NCBI GenBank assembly: GCA_013239625.1
Contig: MU054187.1
Coordinates: forward strand, 7,908,358-7,972,357
Direction: 5' to 3'
DNA: 64,000 nt
From: Lama guanicoe
Lineage: Eukaryota
Shown here: one piece after another, positions 35,999 through 49,549 of the stretch
Numbering within the stretch: position 1 is the stretch's first letter
Layout: each line of letters begins with the position of its first letter
Translations under genes and position numbers: made by a program
Notes under the pieces: generated by a model
What the model was told of the DNA's origin: nothing
The model's database searches: none
Seen by the model: only the letters and a program-made list of their open reading frames with translations

Positions 35999-38900
35999 AA
36001 CTGAAATCCTTCACTATTAGAGAGGACTGTGACAAGCTTCTTTTCATACTAAGATACACTTACATTAAAATGGCCTTCCTCCTAAATGAGATTGCTTCCT
36101 TTACTGAAAATGATATGAAAATGGACACTTACCGATCACATTTGAAAAAATAAGAACCACCTCTTGCTTTACAAATGATATTCAGAGAAAACCAAGAATT
36201 ATTTTTCTTGAGGATAAAGTATCATATACAAAAGCTTTTTCTATCTGTTAGCATTAGAACTGGATGTTCTCAGGAAAGCAAGTGTAAAGACTGTATGATA
36301 TAATATACAAGCAGGCTACATAGGCGAAGGTGATGAGTAACTGTGCCATAAAAATGAACTAATATTTTATTAGAGAATAGAAAAATGTAGGGAACTTTTC
36401 AAAATGAAAATTTATTCTCAATTATTAAGTTTAATATTATTCAATAGCAGTGCTTTCTTAAATTTTAAGATAGAGTTCTCTAGAAAATAGCCCTGCCATG
36501 ATTAAAAAAGTAAATAAGATTTTTTTATGTTGACAGATTTTTAAAAGTTAAAAGAATTGTTATTCAAAAATCTCAGGAAAAAATTATATATAAGCATAAT
36601 AATGCACAAAGAATCATTTACAAATGTAATTATTTCCTGTGTACCCTGAGATCTGCTTTTACATAACTGATTGAGAGTAAAAAACTTATTTTGATGTTTT
36701 GTGATGCTACCACAAAAGTATTCATAGCACAAAAAATGATACAAAAAAAATCAAATTGGTAGTAAATAGTGCAAAAGTTATAAGTGTTTGAACCAAATCC
36801 ATTCAACATACACCCAAATTATATTTTGTCTTGACCACATACATGGTACAACCATATGGGCAATTTGAGGTTTGCAATTATTAAAACACACTGCAGAATT
36901 AATCTGTTAAATGAAATAAAATTATTCCAAAAGAAAGGTATGTAACAAAAAATTATATATTTTTACTTTAGTATGCAATACTAAATTCTCATTTCATATC
37001 ACAAAAATTCAAGTTATTTGAAATACAATATTTAGTCTAAATATACTAAAGTTCTTGAGAAGACAGAATCACGTATGAAAGAAATGGAGACATCTGTTAA
37101 AAGGATTTATTCTTCTCCAAAAGAATTTGCCACATACTTTTAAGACATAACTTGGAAACAGACGTTTAGCCATCGTCATCACCTCTTTAAGATTAGAACA
37201 GTATCTAAAGTGTGTTTGTAAATATAAATTTTTATTTGATTAAGTAGTATGGGGCCTGAAATTAAAGCTGTATTATTTCTTCAGTGAAAAATACTTTTGT
37301 CTGATAGAAAAAAGTGCAAAATGATGTGAACATAAATTACTCATGCAAAAGTACTTATAAAGAAGCACTGTTTTTAGAAATACCTGACTTGTTTTTATCT
37401 AAATGGGATAAAAGATTAATGCATTTTATAATTGATGAAATATTTGATTATAAAAATAATTTGTTATTGTGTAATTCAAAATGACTGTTTAACAGAACTC
37501 TGACAATGTTTATAAGATGTTTGATGAAATTTCTGCCAAGTTTTCAAATTGTACAAAGTGGTCTAAATAACTGGTAAAAGACTATTTAGAATGACTTTAA
37601 TTTTTTTCTTATTTTTCTTAGTATTTATTATATAAGTTAAAACAAAAATATTTCCAAAGAACTCCATAATGTACCTAGGTTCTATGTATATATATTTCAA
37701 CATTTCCAGGAGTTATTCTAATTTGGAGCATTTAGGGCTGTTCTTTTTATTTCAAAAGAAAATCCATAGAATCAGTATTATTGCCTTAATGCTTGAAGGA
37801 AAGCATCACATGAAGTGATTCATATAACAAATGGTTTTCTGATCCTTTTCTGAGAATGAAACTATTCTGCTTTTCCAAAATCAAATAACATATGCTCTCT
37901 ATATTTTTAAATGATTTGATAAAAGTGGTCAGAGATGAAAACACATGCCATGAATCTCAAACTAAAATCAGGGTAACTGAGTACAAATAAAGATGAACAG
38001 GTCTAAGACTTAGTGTTACACCTGAATACAATTTCTGCAAGACAAAGTCAAACTGTTACGGAAATACAGAAGTGCTCACGAAGCCGGTGGAGTGGGGGAG
38101 GCGGCAGGGGAAGAGGGGAGAGGGGTCTTGATAACCTTTAGGAAGGCAAGCAATTCACTGATGTGACTCCTACCACTCTCCACAGAATGACTTGTGCTGA
38201 GAAAGGCTGGACACCTAGATCAAAGCCATGCTCAGCCTCTGGACTCTGGCTAACTTGCCCTCAATTATAGATGACCTTTAGGCAAAGTATGAAAAAGAAA
38301 TATTTCTTTACCATTAAATGAAACAAAATTAGTATTTTTAAATTGCTGCATATATATGTACGACTCAACCTCTGACCATTTTCACTTACATTTTCTTTGC
38401 CTACATTTTATCTGTTTTCTGCATACAATTTGGGAAAAGAGTTTTAAATTGTTATGTATAACTTTAGACAATGTAGTTAATACTTAATATGTTTTGTAAA
38501 TTCCATTTTAATCTACATAAAAGAATCAAGAAGCATATATGAGAATAATTTATAAAGCAGATTTTTTTTCTGTGAAAGTGTAATGCTGTAAAACTTTGAT
38601 TTCTTCTAATGAGAATAATATCAAATGGGTCACTAATCATAGTAAAACTAAAGTATTATTATATCTATCTGGAAAAAAAATCCTTTAAACTATTAGTTTA
38701 CTGAATACATGAATGCTACCTTGAAATTAGAAAACTGTAGAATATAATTTGAAGAAGGGAGAATTGTGCTGGCTAATTAAGAATTTTAAAAATATATACC
38801 TGAAAAGGACTTTAGTGTTATTAAAATTACCTTCATGTAAAATTTTTTATTTGTAAAAAATAAAAAAAATCAGTTAAATGCTACTCTAAAAATCCATATG

Positions 38901-39229
38901 AAAGAAACAGGACTATCACAGAATAATAATTGCATTGTCAAGCAAAAATAATTCTTAAATATCAACACATTCTAAATAGACAGTATTTTGTTAATATAAT
39001 TTCTCTTATATTGGGAATTCACTCTCAGAGACTAAATCACACAAATCATCTAGTCTGTACTCAAATCACTATTTGAATTCATTAAGAAAAAAATTTTAAA
39101 GGTTTTACATCTTTAAAAAAGTCCCTGTCTTTCTAGCCTTATACCAGAGAAGTATAACACTTTAAAAGTTTTCACTGAATCCTTTTTGTTCAAAGAAAAA
39201 CACCTTTGTAATTATTTTTTATCTTTTAA

Positions 39230-39600
39230 CCCACTGTGTAAAACCTGAAAAAAATAGAAAAAAATGTATAGTAAGAAAATAAATCATCTGTAATCCTAAC
39301 TGCTGTAGCAACTACTGGAAATATTTTAGAATATTTCCTTCCAGTCTTTTTTTTTCCTAGAATTTTGCTTTTTATAAAAATTTAATATTAGAAATTTTAC
39401 ATAACTTAGTATTCTGCACTTTTGTTCCAAAGTATGTTATTAGAATTTTCCCACATCACTGCAAGCCCTTTGTAAACAAAACTGTGAAGATTATATGATA
39501 GTTAATCATATGAAAATGTTAGCTAAATTGCTTTTAAGGAAATAAGGAAGGACATTTGTTATTTGAACGATATTATGATGGATATTTTTGTAAAGGTAAT
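39230..39600 (-). mobile_element. Old LINE-1 (L1ME) 3' remnant
   Basis: 'aaataaatcatctgtaatcctaac...gcaactactggaaatattttagaatatttccttccagtcttttt'. Confidence 0.55.
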
Positions 39601-40502
39601 AATTATCCCGGGTTTTTTTTTTTCCTTTTAATTTTTCAGTTTGGAATTTTGTCAGTTATTTAAGACAAAAGAGAAAAGTAAAAAAAAACACTGAGTTATA
39701 GTGAAAATGTTTATCAGATAAATAGCTCAGCTTTAACAACACATCTTGCCAAAAAGCTTGCAAAGCGTTCCTCACTTGGGGGCATGTGAGAAGCACTGTA
39801 ATGAGAATAGCGGAGCTTTGCGGGAGCCAAAGCTTACAGAAAGAAGAATCTGCAGGTTTAAAAAGGTAATGCTCTAATCTTACATTTATTAGGAGCAAAC
39901 CACAGATGTACAGTGTGACCATTTGCAAATGTCATTTAAAAAGGACACATAGCTATGAATTCCATATTCGTTTCAGATAACCTTGTTGTTTTGTATGCTG
40001 AGATGATATTTGTCTGTGTGATGTATGTACGTTCACCTTAAAATGTTGAGGCGAGAATCAAAGTCACAGGAACTGCTAAATGAAATAATGAGGAAAATGT
40101 GCAATCAGGTGTATAGACAAGGTGTCCATTTTAGAATACTTAAGAATGCTTCAGGTACGTAAAGATCTTCTTTCCTTGTTCCTTTTCTCACTATAAAAAA
40201 TTCCCCTGCAGAAAGCAATAGTCCCATATTTATCAATAGAGTTTTGGAGATATTTAGGAATATCTTGCTGAAAAACCAACAAAATCCTGTCTTTATGAGA
40301 TAGTATTTGTGACATATGGGCAAATATTTTTTTCTCCTCATTCACTGATCGTTCTAATTGACCGAAATGACTTGATGCTAAAGATCTGGTGGAATGTCTT
40401 AAAATAAATGTAATGATCAATTTAACAATTTGATTGAATTTTACTTAATTGAACAGTTATTTTGCTTAATTGATCATCTTATTTAGTTTGGGAGAATGTA
40501 TT

Positions 40503-40535
40503 GTGTACGTGTGTCTCTGTGTGTGTGTGTGTGTG
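40503..40535. repeat. Imperfect (GT)n microsatellite
   Basis: 'gtgtacgtgtgtctctgtgtgtgtgtgtgtgtg'. Confidence 0.85.
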
Positions 40536-43500
40536 GAGACAGAGGATGCTGGTAGGAAAGCTTCATGCCTAAGGAGAAGTAAAAATGATCACAGATGCAG
40601 GAAGTATTTAAAATAACGCACACAGACATCTCTGAAGCCTTGATTACAAGTGTCAAATGTTTCTTGCATGTTTCAACCATAAAATGATCCTGGCTCCATT
40701 ACTTCAGAAAGCCAAAATATATAATATTTACATGTTGAAGATCTAAATGGAGTACTAATTGTGATCTTTTTTCATTTCATTTCTTTTTATTTTCGAAGCA
40801 AAGTGCATAGGATATATTTAGAAATATGGCTTGATATATCCATGCTTGCAAAGGGGAACAGGGCTGATTTAAATGATTCTATAAAAATGAATATGTCCTA
40901 AAATGTGCCCTCTCAGTTATTTTGCTGGTTTATTTTAATATAAAAATAATCTAATCTTTGCTTGCTAAGGAGATTATGTAATGTATTAATTTATTTAAAA
41001 TTAGGATACACTTGATATTATGTGAGTTTCAGACATGCAAAGCAGAGAAAGGATTATGAGCCCAAACACAAAGGAAGGGTTTAAGCTTGAGTATCTGTTT
41101 CATTGCAACCCTCATTTTGTAAAGTAACAAAAGTGTTCATTCTTCAGTTAATGAAAAAAGTAATAGTTTCCATTTTTTTTCCCCAGCAAATCATCAAATT
41201 GAAGAATGAGCACTACTAAATTTGAAGGAAAGTGAAAACTAAAGATGTTGTTTACTGTTTTCCTTGGGGGTGTAAAGAAAGATCGTTCTCCAATTTATTT
41301 TGTACCAGGAAGTTAAATTTTATTTTGTGGATAATTTAATTACCTTCTATACCTCGTGGATTCAGAACATGTCAAGGAATGTTTCCACTTCCCCTTCTCC
41401 CTACATATCTCACATATGATATGCGACAGAAATCTTTGAAATGCTAGTGTTTTCACATGAAGCTAATTCCTTAAAAGGATAATCTTTGTCCTTCTAAGGG
41501 AACGTATGTGTGAATTAAAAATTCATATCTTAGTCCAGTAAAATATAATCGATCCTCTTAAAGCACTCAGTATATACTCGTTTTCACCCAGTTAACTTCC
41601 TTCTCAGTACTACAGGCAATTCCCCTGGCAGATCTCATTCAAGAACCACAAAACTGTTTCCTAATTTGGGGTGCCAAAATTATACAAAACATAGAGGCCT
41701 GAGAGTAACATAATAAAAATCTAACCGAAAAAAAAAACCCCAAAAAAGTTACATTTTCTAATAAGTCTTTTCATTTAGAGGTATCACTTCAAGGTTGTAT
41801 TTATTCCATTTGTGTGGCCATTCTTCTCTTTAAAATTACCTCCTTGATGGACATCCTGCTTACAAATCTGTAGAGAGGTCAAATTATTGTATATTGAGAG
41901 GATTAGTAATCTCATTTAGTGCCAATATTGGTGGGCAGGTAGGTGATCTAGCTTGTTTTAGGTGAAGAAGAAAAGAAAGATTGTCAAAGACTGGGTGATA
42001 TAAAAAAGTCACCGGTCTTCCTGTGTGATTCATGAACGTATTCAAAAGGCAGTTCTAAAAGATGAGTTTCAAAGCAAGTTATAAATGAAGACAGCAGAAC
42101 TGGTGACTGGACGCATGGGCTCCAAGATGGCTCATTTCAAGGACAATACTCGTTTGGATCTATGCATACTAATTTGCTACTTTTAAATAGATCTACTCGT
42201 TACTCTATGGCAACACTCTGTATGACTTTCATTGCATTTCTATCTTGAAAGAGAAAAAATAAATAATGAGCAGTGCAGTTAGAAACTGGAGCAGCAGTAG
42301 AGTCTGTAGCTTGGGTTCCAGCCAGTTAACTATTTCCTCCCAGAATTGCCGTTTGTCGATAGTGAGGTTTTGCACTTCGTTCCATCTCACTGGGTTTTGC
42401 CTCCAGAGTCCTTTATTGGTTCATTTCTTCACACAAGAAAGTCACTCTTATCACCTTGGCATCACAATTTTAGACCCTGAAAATGGCATTATCCAGTTTG
42501 GAATACTGCTTTAGCTATTAGACTTGGCTTTGGATGAATTATCATTGTTTCTCAAATCAAAATAATCCTCAAAGAAAAAAGTTCCCAGTCTTCGATGGTA
42601 GTCGGTAGTCTGAAGAACATGTCACAAGTCGTGAACACAATCCTAAAATTCCCTTACAGTAGTATTTTGGTTAACACCTTCTTGGCTTAAAATGACCATC
42701 TGAAGGGGACAGTACTCTGAGTGTCCAATTCCTGATGTGTGTCTAAAGCAGTTTCACAATGTTTTGTTTTCACACATCTACTTATTGCAGGACGTACAGT
42801 TATGAAATTTTCAATGTAATAGCTTGAAGTCACATGATTGCTTTGTCTCTATGAATAATCCCTTCCTTTGGGTTTAAATTCAACTCAGAATGAAAACTAA
42901 ATTAAAGGGCACTTTAATTATAAAATAAAATCATTCTAAGATGTCATATCTTATTTACTTTTACCCACCATTCCAGGAAAATGGGTTGTTAAAAATATCA
43001 TTTATCATTGGCCTCAATGTTATTTTTGACCACAAAAGTTTAGAATACAAAAGAACTAACATATATTGATGTACTGTGGGAGAGAAGTTTAAAAAAAAAG
43101 ACCCTCAAATTTATCAATATATAATTATGAACATTTTTATCTATTGACTTAGTTGAATTTCCATTTATAGGTCACTGCCTGGCCAGGGAGCCATCAAATC
43201 TATTAATGTATTAATTATCCTGGGCCAATTTCTTTTGTGTAGGTTTGGATTTTTCCAAAGGTAAATACATGGAACATTTTTATACTTTTCAGTTTCCTCT
43301 TGCTTTAGTTTACTTAGATGGAGAAATCTACAAATTTCATTGGAAGAGAATTGCTGTGAAAATTCTTAACTTTTTAATATGTTGTTCCATCTCCTAACCA
43401 TTAAGGCTCAAAAACCAACTTCAAGAACCAATTCTACTATACCTGGGGCTCAGGAATTTTCTGAACATTTCCACCAAAGCCCCCATTCGACACCCACCCT

Positions 43501-43562
43501 CCCCTTCAGATTTCCTATACATTTCCTATAACACCAAACATTATCAGGCAGTTATAAAAATA

Positions 43563-43590
43563 TGATTGGTTGGTTGATTGATTGATTGAT
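43563..43590. repeat. (TTGA/TTGG)n tetranucleotide tract
   Basis: 'tgattggttggttgattgattgattgat'. Confidence 0.8.
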
Positions 43591-43599
43591 AGGTTATTT

Positions 43600-43715
43600 T
43601 CAGAGCAAGAGGGGATTTATCAATAATTTAGTCTAATCCCATATACTGTATATGAGGAAACCAAGACCCAGAAGTGGAAGGTGACCTGCTCAAGATCACT
43701 TGGTTAGTTGGTATC
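43600..43715 (-). mobile_element. MIR SINE
   Basis: 'atatgaggaaaccaagacccagaagtggaaggtgacctgctcaagatcacttggttagttgg'. Confidence 0.75.
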
Positions 43716-45609
43716 TGTAAAGTGTGAAGAACTTTTCCAAACAGTGTATCTTAGGACACACGACCCTACTCCATGGATAGTAGAAAGAAAAATATAATCT
43801 CTTTTTTTTTTCTGTCTCTTTCTTTGTATTTAGCTGATCCAATGCTGTTTATTATCTAAAGAGAATTGGAACTCATTTCAGCTTTTTTTTTTTCCCCTGA
43901 TCATGCAAAGATACATTTTTCTCAAGGGGATTAAAAAAAGAAGTCAAGACTAAAATAGGTCAAGCTTTGAAACCACCTAACTGGAGCTGATTCGAAACTT
44001 TTCCAAAGCAGTCAGTGTGTCCTCACTGTCAGCACTGAGGGCTGCCAGGAGCGACTTGTCTCTGGAGACCCTCACAGCACTGGTGCGATGCCCGTGAGGG
44101 GCTGGGGGGCTGTGGCGGGGCAGGGGGCTGCCACAGGCATGAGCTGAGCAGTGAATCCTTCAAGGAGACCACAGGGCTTTTCAGAATGTTCATTGTGTTC
44201 TTCCTTATTTGGAATTCTGTTTATGCTGCTAACATTAGCATAGATTTTCCTTAATGAATGCTTTCCAGCTGAAAGATGGTGAAAGATATACTATGTGAAT
44301 CTTTTTAGTATTTGTTCATTAAATTAAAGCAGTTCTGATTGGCAACGAGGCCTTTTCCTTTTGATGTTATGCTCAGGTTTGCAGCTAATGTCCATGACAC
44401 TACATGTGTGTCCTGCAAAGATGATCTTTCTAATCAAAGTCATTTAATGTTAGCACTCTTGTACAATGATTTGAGAGCTTTACAGTTGGGTAATATGAAA
44501 GTTAATGTAAAAATGTGGCCAGTCTGTAATGTGGATCCATGCATTTAGTTGAAACCATTTGTTTCCCTTAAACTCAGCCACCAACTGCCAATATATACAT
44601 ATATATATATGTATTGCTGTTTACCAGCATTAAGTTGGGCTATTCCCCCTTTTTTTATACATTTCTAGGGGGAGAGAGACTTTCCAAACCCCGCTATGTA
44701 ACACCAAAGGGAAATCACCACCACATTCTTGATGATTGTATTCACTAAATCACTCCCAAATTAGACACTTCAGAAACAACATGCTACACAAATGGCAAAT
44801 ATTCAATTCATGCATTGCCTGAAGGCTTTGGGCTGCATTACCCTACATATCCATCACACAAACAATAGAATAAAATGATTCTGCAAGGTTAGAGAAATCA
44901 AACCCACTCAGCCACTCTTCACAAGGACTATTTGGATAACCAGAGCTTGAAGCAAATATTTGTTACCAGCCATCATGACAAGCTGGGGACGGTCCGTGAT
45001 CTTATTAGTATCTAGTCATTCACAGTTTGTTTTTTCAGTATCAAAACATGCACACAGATAATAGGAATAAATTGTTTATTTCCCATGTTACTAGGCAATT
45101 ATAAATACTTCAGCAAAAGGGTTATAACTGTGCCAAGGTTAGAATCTAACAGAATAATTCAAGATGCAAATGCCATTGTCTAGTAAGCTAACGCCGATGT
45201 TCTCAAATAGACCTCATTTGATTGGCTTCTAGAGGAACGACTTTGAATCACGTCTGCCAATCGCTTCTAAAAAGCTGCTAGCCTATCACTTAGCACTGCC
45301 ATAGGATCTCTTTCATTTGTTCTTCCCTGGACAGTATTCTTGGGAAGTCATGCTGTACACCACAGAGAGTTATTAACAGCGGAGAAGTACTTATTTCAGT
45401 GCTAGGATATTTTAAACACAAAAATTAAAAAGAGTGACTGAGCTCCTTGTTTATCTCACCACTTCTCATCTATAATCATTTCAGAGAACTCTTCCTTGTA
45501 GGCAACTTTTGCCACTATTGTTTTTCACAATTTATTTGATGGTTTGCAATAGCAAGTACGTAAAGACGTATTAACAGGTTATACAGTCTCTGAAAAATAA
45601 AAATAGAGT

Positions 45610-45760
45610 TACGGAGTCATGGTAGAATAGGCTTGAGGACTTACTGAAGCCAGTCATCCCACTCTACAGGTCAAAGACAATGTGCTGGTGAAGTCAACAA
45701 GTTCTCTTGAACCGAAGTAAATCTGTGGCAGACCAGCACCAAGGCCACCACATGCACTGC
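45610..45760 (-). mobile_element. MIR (MIR3-like) SINE, decayed
   Basis: 'gagtcatggtagaataggcttgaggacttactgaagccagtcatccc...gtggcagaccagcacca'. Confidence 0.4.
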
Positions 45761-46846
45761 TTGATGTAGTGCTTTTTATATGGTATCACATTTTTGCCTT
45801 GTTCTTTCCAGAACTACTATTTGTTTATTTGTTTGTTTCTTCAGGAAGGGCGAATAAGAAGAGGCTGTTTGAGTGTCCACCCACCCCGTTCGCACTGGGC
45901 TGTGTCACTCAGAATCCACAGCCTATGGAACCGCACAGCTCTCCTGTGTTCCACAGTCGTGGCTTTCATCCTCTACCCTTCTCGTGACATTTTCTTTGGC
46001 ATTCCCTTCCATTTTACAGAATACAGAAAGGATTCTTAAAATGCTGTGGTTCTTTTTCAGATGTTCTGGGATATGCAGGAAGGATTTAAGGTATTTCAAA
46101 ACAGAAACATCTCTTCAACTTCTAAGAGATGGAGCAAATAGGGAGGACAGGACATCCCTCTCTGCAGTCACTGGGGTTTACCTCTGGGAAGAACATCTGG
46201 AGTAGAGTTTTCCAGAAGGCCTAGGCCTTTGTGATTAAATTTTAGTCAGCTAATTCTTTATCAGTTAAAACCTGTCCCCTTATGAAAGAACAAAACAAAC
46301 TCTCCTTTTGGCAACAGTTGAAGAAAACAAAGTAAAATAGAGGACCAGGCCAGTTATTCTAAATCTTAAATCTAAGAAGGATGGACAGAAACAAAGAGTA
46401 CATTTTTATCAATTTAGCATTCTTGTGGCATTAATTAATAACCAACACTTACATATATTGGTTCAGTTGTGTGTGTGTGTGTGGTGATAGGAGTGAGTAT
46501 CTCATGTGTGTATCATGTGGATTTACGAAAGTTCAGAGCTATTCCAAGAAAATCAGAGCACTTTTTATTTCTTTCCAAAACATTATTCTGAAACATGATG
46601 GAGGCAAATATTTCACTCATGTGCAATCGTCAAAATGAAGAAACACCCAGTTAATGGGTGAAGGTTGTTCAGCTCAATACTGGTAGATCCCAGATGAAAT
46701 ACAGCCTTCTGGAACACATCCTTTAAGGGGATGGCATCCAAAATTCTAAAATAGTCATCAAAATAGTTCAGCCTTTGAGTTTCACACTTTTGCATTTCTA
46801 CATAGCTCATTTATTAGCATAATGCTTTTTCTGGGCATATTAGAAT

Positions 46847-46862
46847 ATATATATATATATAT
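46847..46862. repeat. (AT)n microsatellite
   Basis: 'atatatatatatatat'. Confidence 0.85.
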
Positions 46863-48231
46863 TTATATGTAAAATATGTTATAGACAGAAACACAATTGT
46901 TAATCAACATAATAGGATGCAAGAGCTAAAACTTTATAGAACTTTATTCCATGTCCTCAAAAAAAAAAAAAAACCAAAACAAACCACAGATTCTAGACTA
47001 AAGGCAAAAATGGTGAAAAAGAGGCTTCTAAGGGATCACTCAGAAACTGAGCATGAGGCCCATTGTATTTAACATTTCTCTTCCCTTTGGAGTGCCAAAA
47101 ATATTTTAGTAAGATTATTATTTTTTTTATTATTTTTAAAGGCATACAAGGGTTGGGACACCCAATCTTTAAGGCTCAATAAAATGAAATGGCAATTTTC
47201 CAAGAGCTCTGAGGCTGCAGCTAATTAGCACATTAATTTATATCAATAACATTCTCTTTGCTGTTCCCCAGTGTTCTGCTTGGAAAATGCAACAAGATGA
47301 ATGAACACGACAAATTAAAGCAAAATTTACGGGCTTAAAAAAAAAAGATACAGAAATAATCCCTTGACCTTATTCCAACTTTTCTGACCCTCCTTCATCA
47401 GTGACATTCCTCCACAGAGCCCCTAAATATGAACTTCTCATTCTGCCAGACCTAAATTCTAAAGGCAAGTTTACAAAGAAGAGAACCCCCACCTCCTTAC
47501 TCCTGGAATTGGGCTCCTGGCTAAAAGAGCCAAGGTCCCAACTCAAGAGAATGACTCTGATTTATTCTTTCATTTACTTTTACTGTTATAGTCACATATC
47601 TCTTCTTAACAAGAATAAAGACTTTTATTTCTGATTTTTTAAAAAAAATTCCTTGCATACAAAGTATTTTAATTATTAGTTTAAAACAATTTTTATGGTT
47701 AACCCAATTCAAAGAAATATTTTCTCAAATTCAAGTCAGTATTTCAAAAGAAACTTGGTTGAATAGAAAAGTAAGGCTTTAATTTCCAAGAAATGTTTTA
47801 TTCATTTTATGTTTACTTATAAGGCTGTTACTCTGAAAAGAAATTTAATAAGCACTTTCAGATATGTGTGTATGTACACACTCCTATTTTTATATCGATA
47901 CATACGTACGTACATCTATCTGGCCATAACCCATCTGGCAGGAAAGAGCCTTCAACTCATAAGTAGTAACCCTGGTTATAACCCAGTACTAAGTGGTAAA
48001 ATCAATTTTATAAAAAATAGGATAAAACAGAAAATAGGAGAATTCATTTCATACATAAAGTACTGTTTTGAAAGACACGTTTATCAGTTACGTGTGTGTG
48101 TCTGAGTGTATATATCATGATGCATTATGTATGTGTTCCTGTAAATTAAGGTCATAACAGTTGGAAGGATCTTCCAGTAAAGCAGCATATAAGGAGCATA
48201 GAAAAAAATAGTCTAGACTCTGAAATGCATC

Positions 48232-49110
48232 GCTTAATTCACATGTTCAATAAATATTTATCACTAGTGCAATAGTGTACAAGACAAAGTCTGGGAAATC
48301 ATGGAACTCAGTGGAAAGTCAGGAAATACACAGGTAAACAAAATGTACATGTGATATCATCTCTAGTAAGAAATGTGATAAAGAAAAGAAAGAAAGGTAG
48401 AGGAGTGGAGGATAAAACCAAGGGTAGGCTGGGTGTTATTGAAGCGCAACTGTAAAAGGAGCTCAGGGAGGAGATGACATCTGATTAGGAACCTCAACAG
48501 TGTAAAGAAGAACGTTTCAACTGAGGGCACAACCAGTGCAACGTCCCCCAGGTAGGCACACTGTTGACCAGTACGGAGGAACTGCGAGAAAGTCGGTTTG
48601 AGTGGACTGGAGTGCCTAAGGAGGGGAGTGGCTGAAATGACACAGAGGCAGATGCAGCTGCCAACTCTGTGGAAGGATGTCAGCTTTGCAAAGAACTCTG
48701 GACTTCAATCCTAGGTGTGGCGGTGCAGCTGCATGGAGAACCACGGCACAACTTGCATTTCTAAAAGAGCTCTCTAGGTGCCATGTGAAGAATAGACTAA
48801 TGTGAAAATGGCAGAGTAAAACAGAAGAGAAAGAGAGACTAGTATGAAGCCAACAGAAGTACCAAAAAACAAGATGACAACAGCTTGCTGCAGGAAGACA
48901 ATAACGGAAGGATGAGAAATGGTTTGAGGCAGGATACATTTTGCCCAACAGGACTTGCTGACAGAGTAAGTAATGAATATAAAGGAAAGAGAAGTAACAT
49001 GAATGATTTTTAAATTTTTGGTCCTAACAATTCTATGAATGGTGGTGGATTCTCATAACGATATGTACAAGGCTTGAGGAGGAGAAGCTTGGGGGTGGGT
49101 GATTGGGTAA
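48232..49110 (-). mobile_element. L2 LINE 3' region, antisense
   Basis: Begins with the reverse-complemented L2 tail 'attcacatgttcaataaatatttat'. It continues with purine-rich L2 phrases ('ggaggagatgacatctgattaggaacctcaacagtg', 'aggatgagaaatggtttgaggcaggatacatttt', 'caggacttgctgacagag'). Confidence 0.8.
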
Positions 49111-49183
49111 TTAGGCACTTTTGCATTTTTCTCCTGTTCATCTGTTATTATTATTATAATATTCTAATAAATATTGATTAAGA

Positions 49184-49545
49184 AGTTGCTAGCGTTAGGT
49201 AGTTTAGACAGAAATGAGCACTGGGCAGGGGGAGAGGAGGGGAAAAGGAACAGTCCAGAACACAAGGAACCTGAGCTGTCAGTCAACCAGAGTGCAAGGA
49301 ATCTGAGTTGTCAATCAATCAATCAATTTAACAGTCACAAAATCAGGACACACAAACAGAAAAAACGAGGGAAGGATGCCATTTTTCCTCCCTTGGACCA
49401 GCCCATTCCCAATTCTTGGGAGTGTGCTATCTTTTACTTCACTAATAAAAATCTTGCTTATATCACACTTTGTCTGTTGTCAAAAATCTTTTTTTTCGGG
49501 GGACTAAGAACCGAGGTGATGCTTATTTTCCTTTGTCTGGTAACA
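49184..49545 (+). mobile_element. ERV1 solo LTR (MER50-like, MER4 group)
   Basis: Starts 'gttgctagcgttaggtagtttagacagaaatgagcactgggcagg', resembling the recalled MER50 5' end. It has an AATAAA in the R region ('cactaataaaaatcttgct'), 'actaagaaccgagg', and a terminal 'ggtaaca'. No internal ERV sequence follows. Confidence 0.75.
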
Positions 49546-49549
49546 CTAG

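Noticed and set aside
46502..46623. Three TCATGTG E-boxes
   Set aside because: Two of them abut a (GT)n tract and are probably microsatellite-derived.
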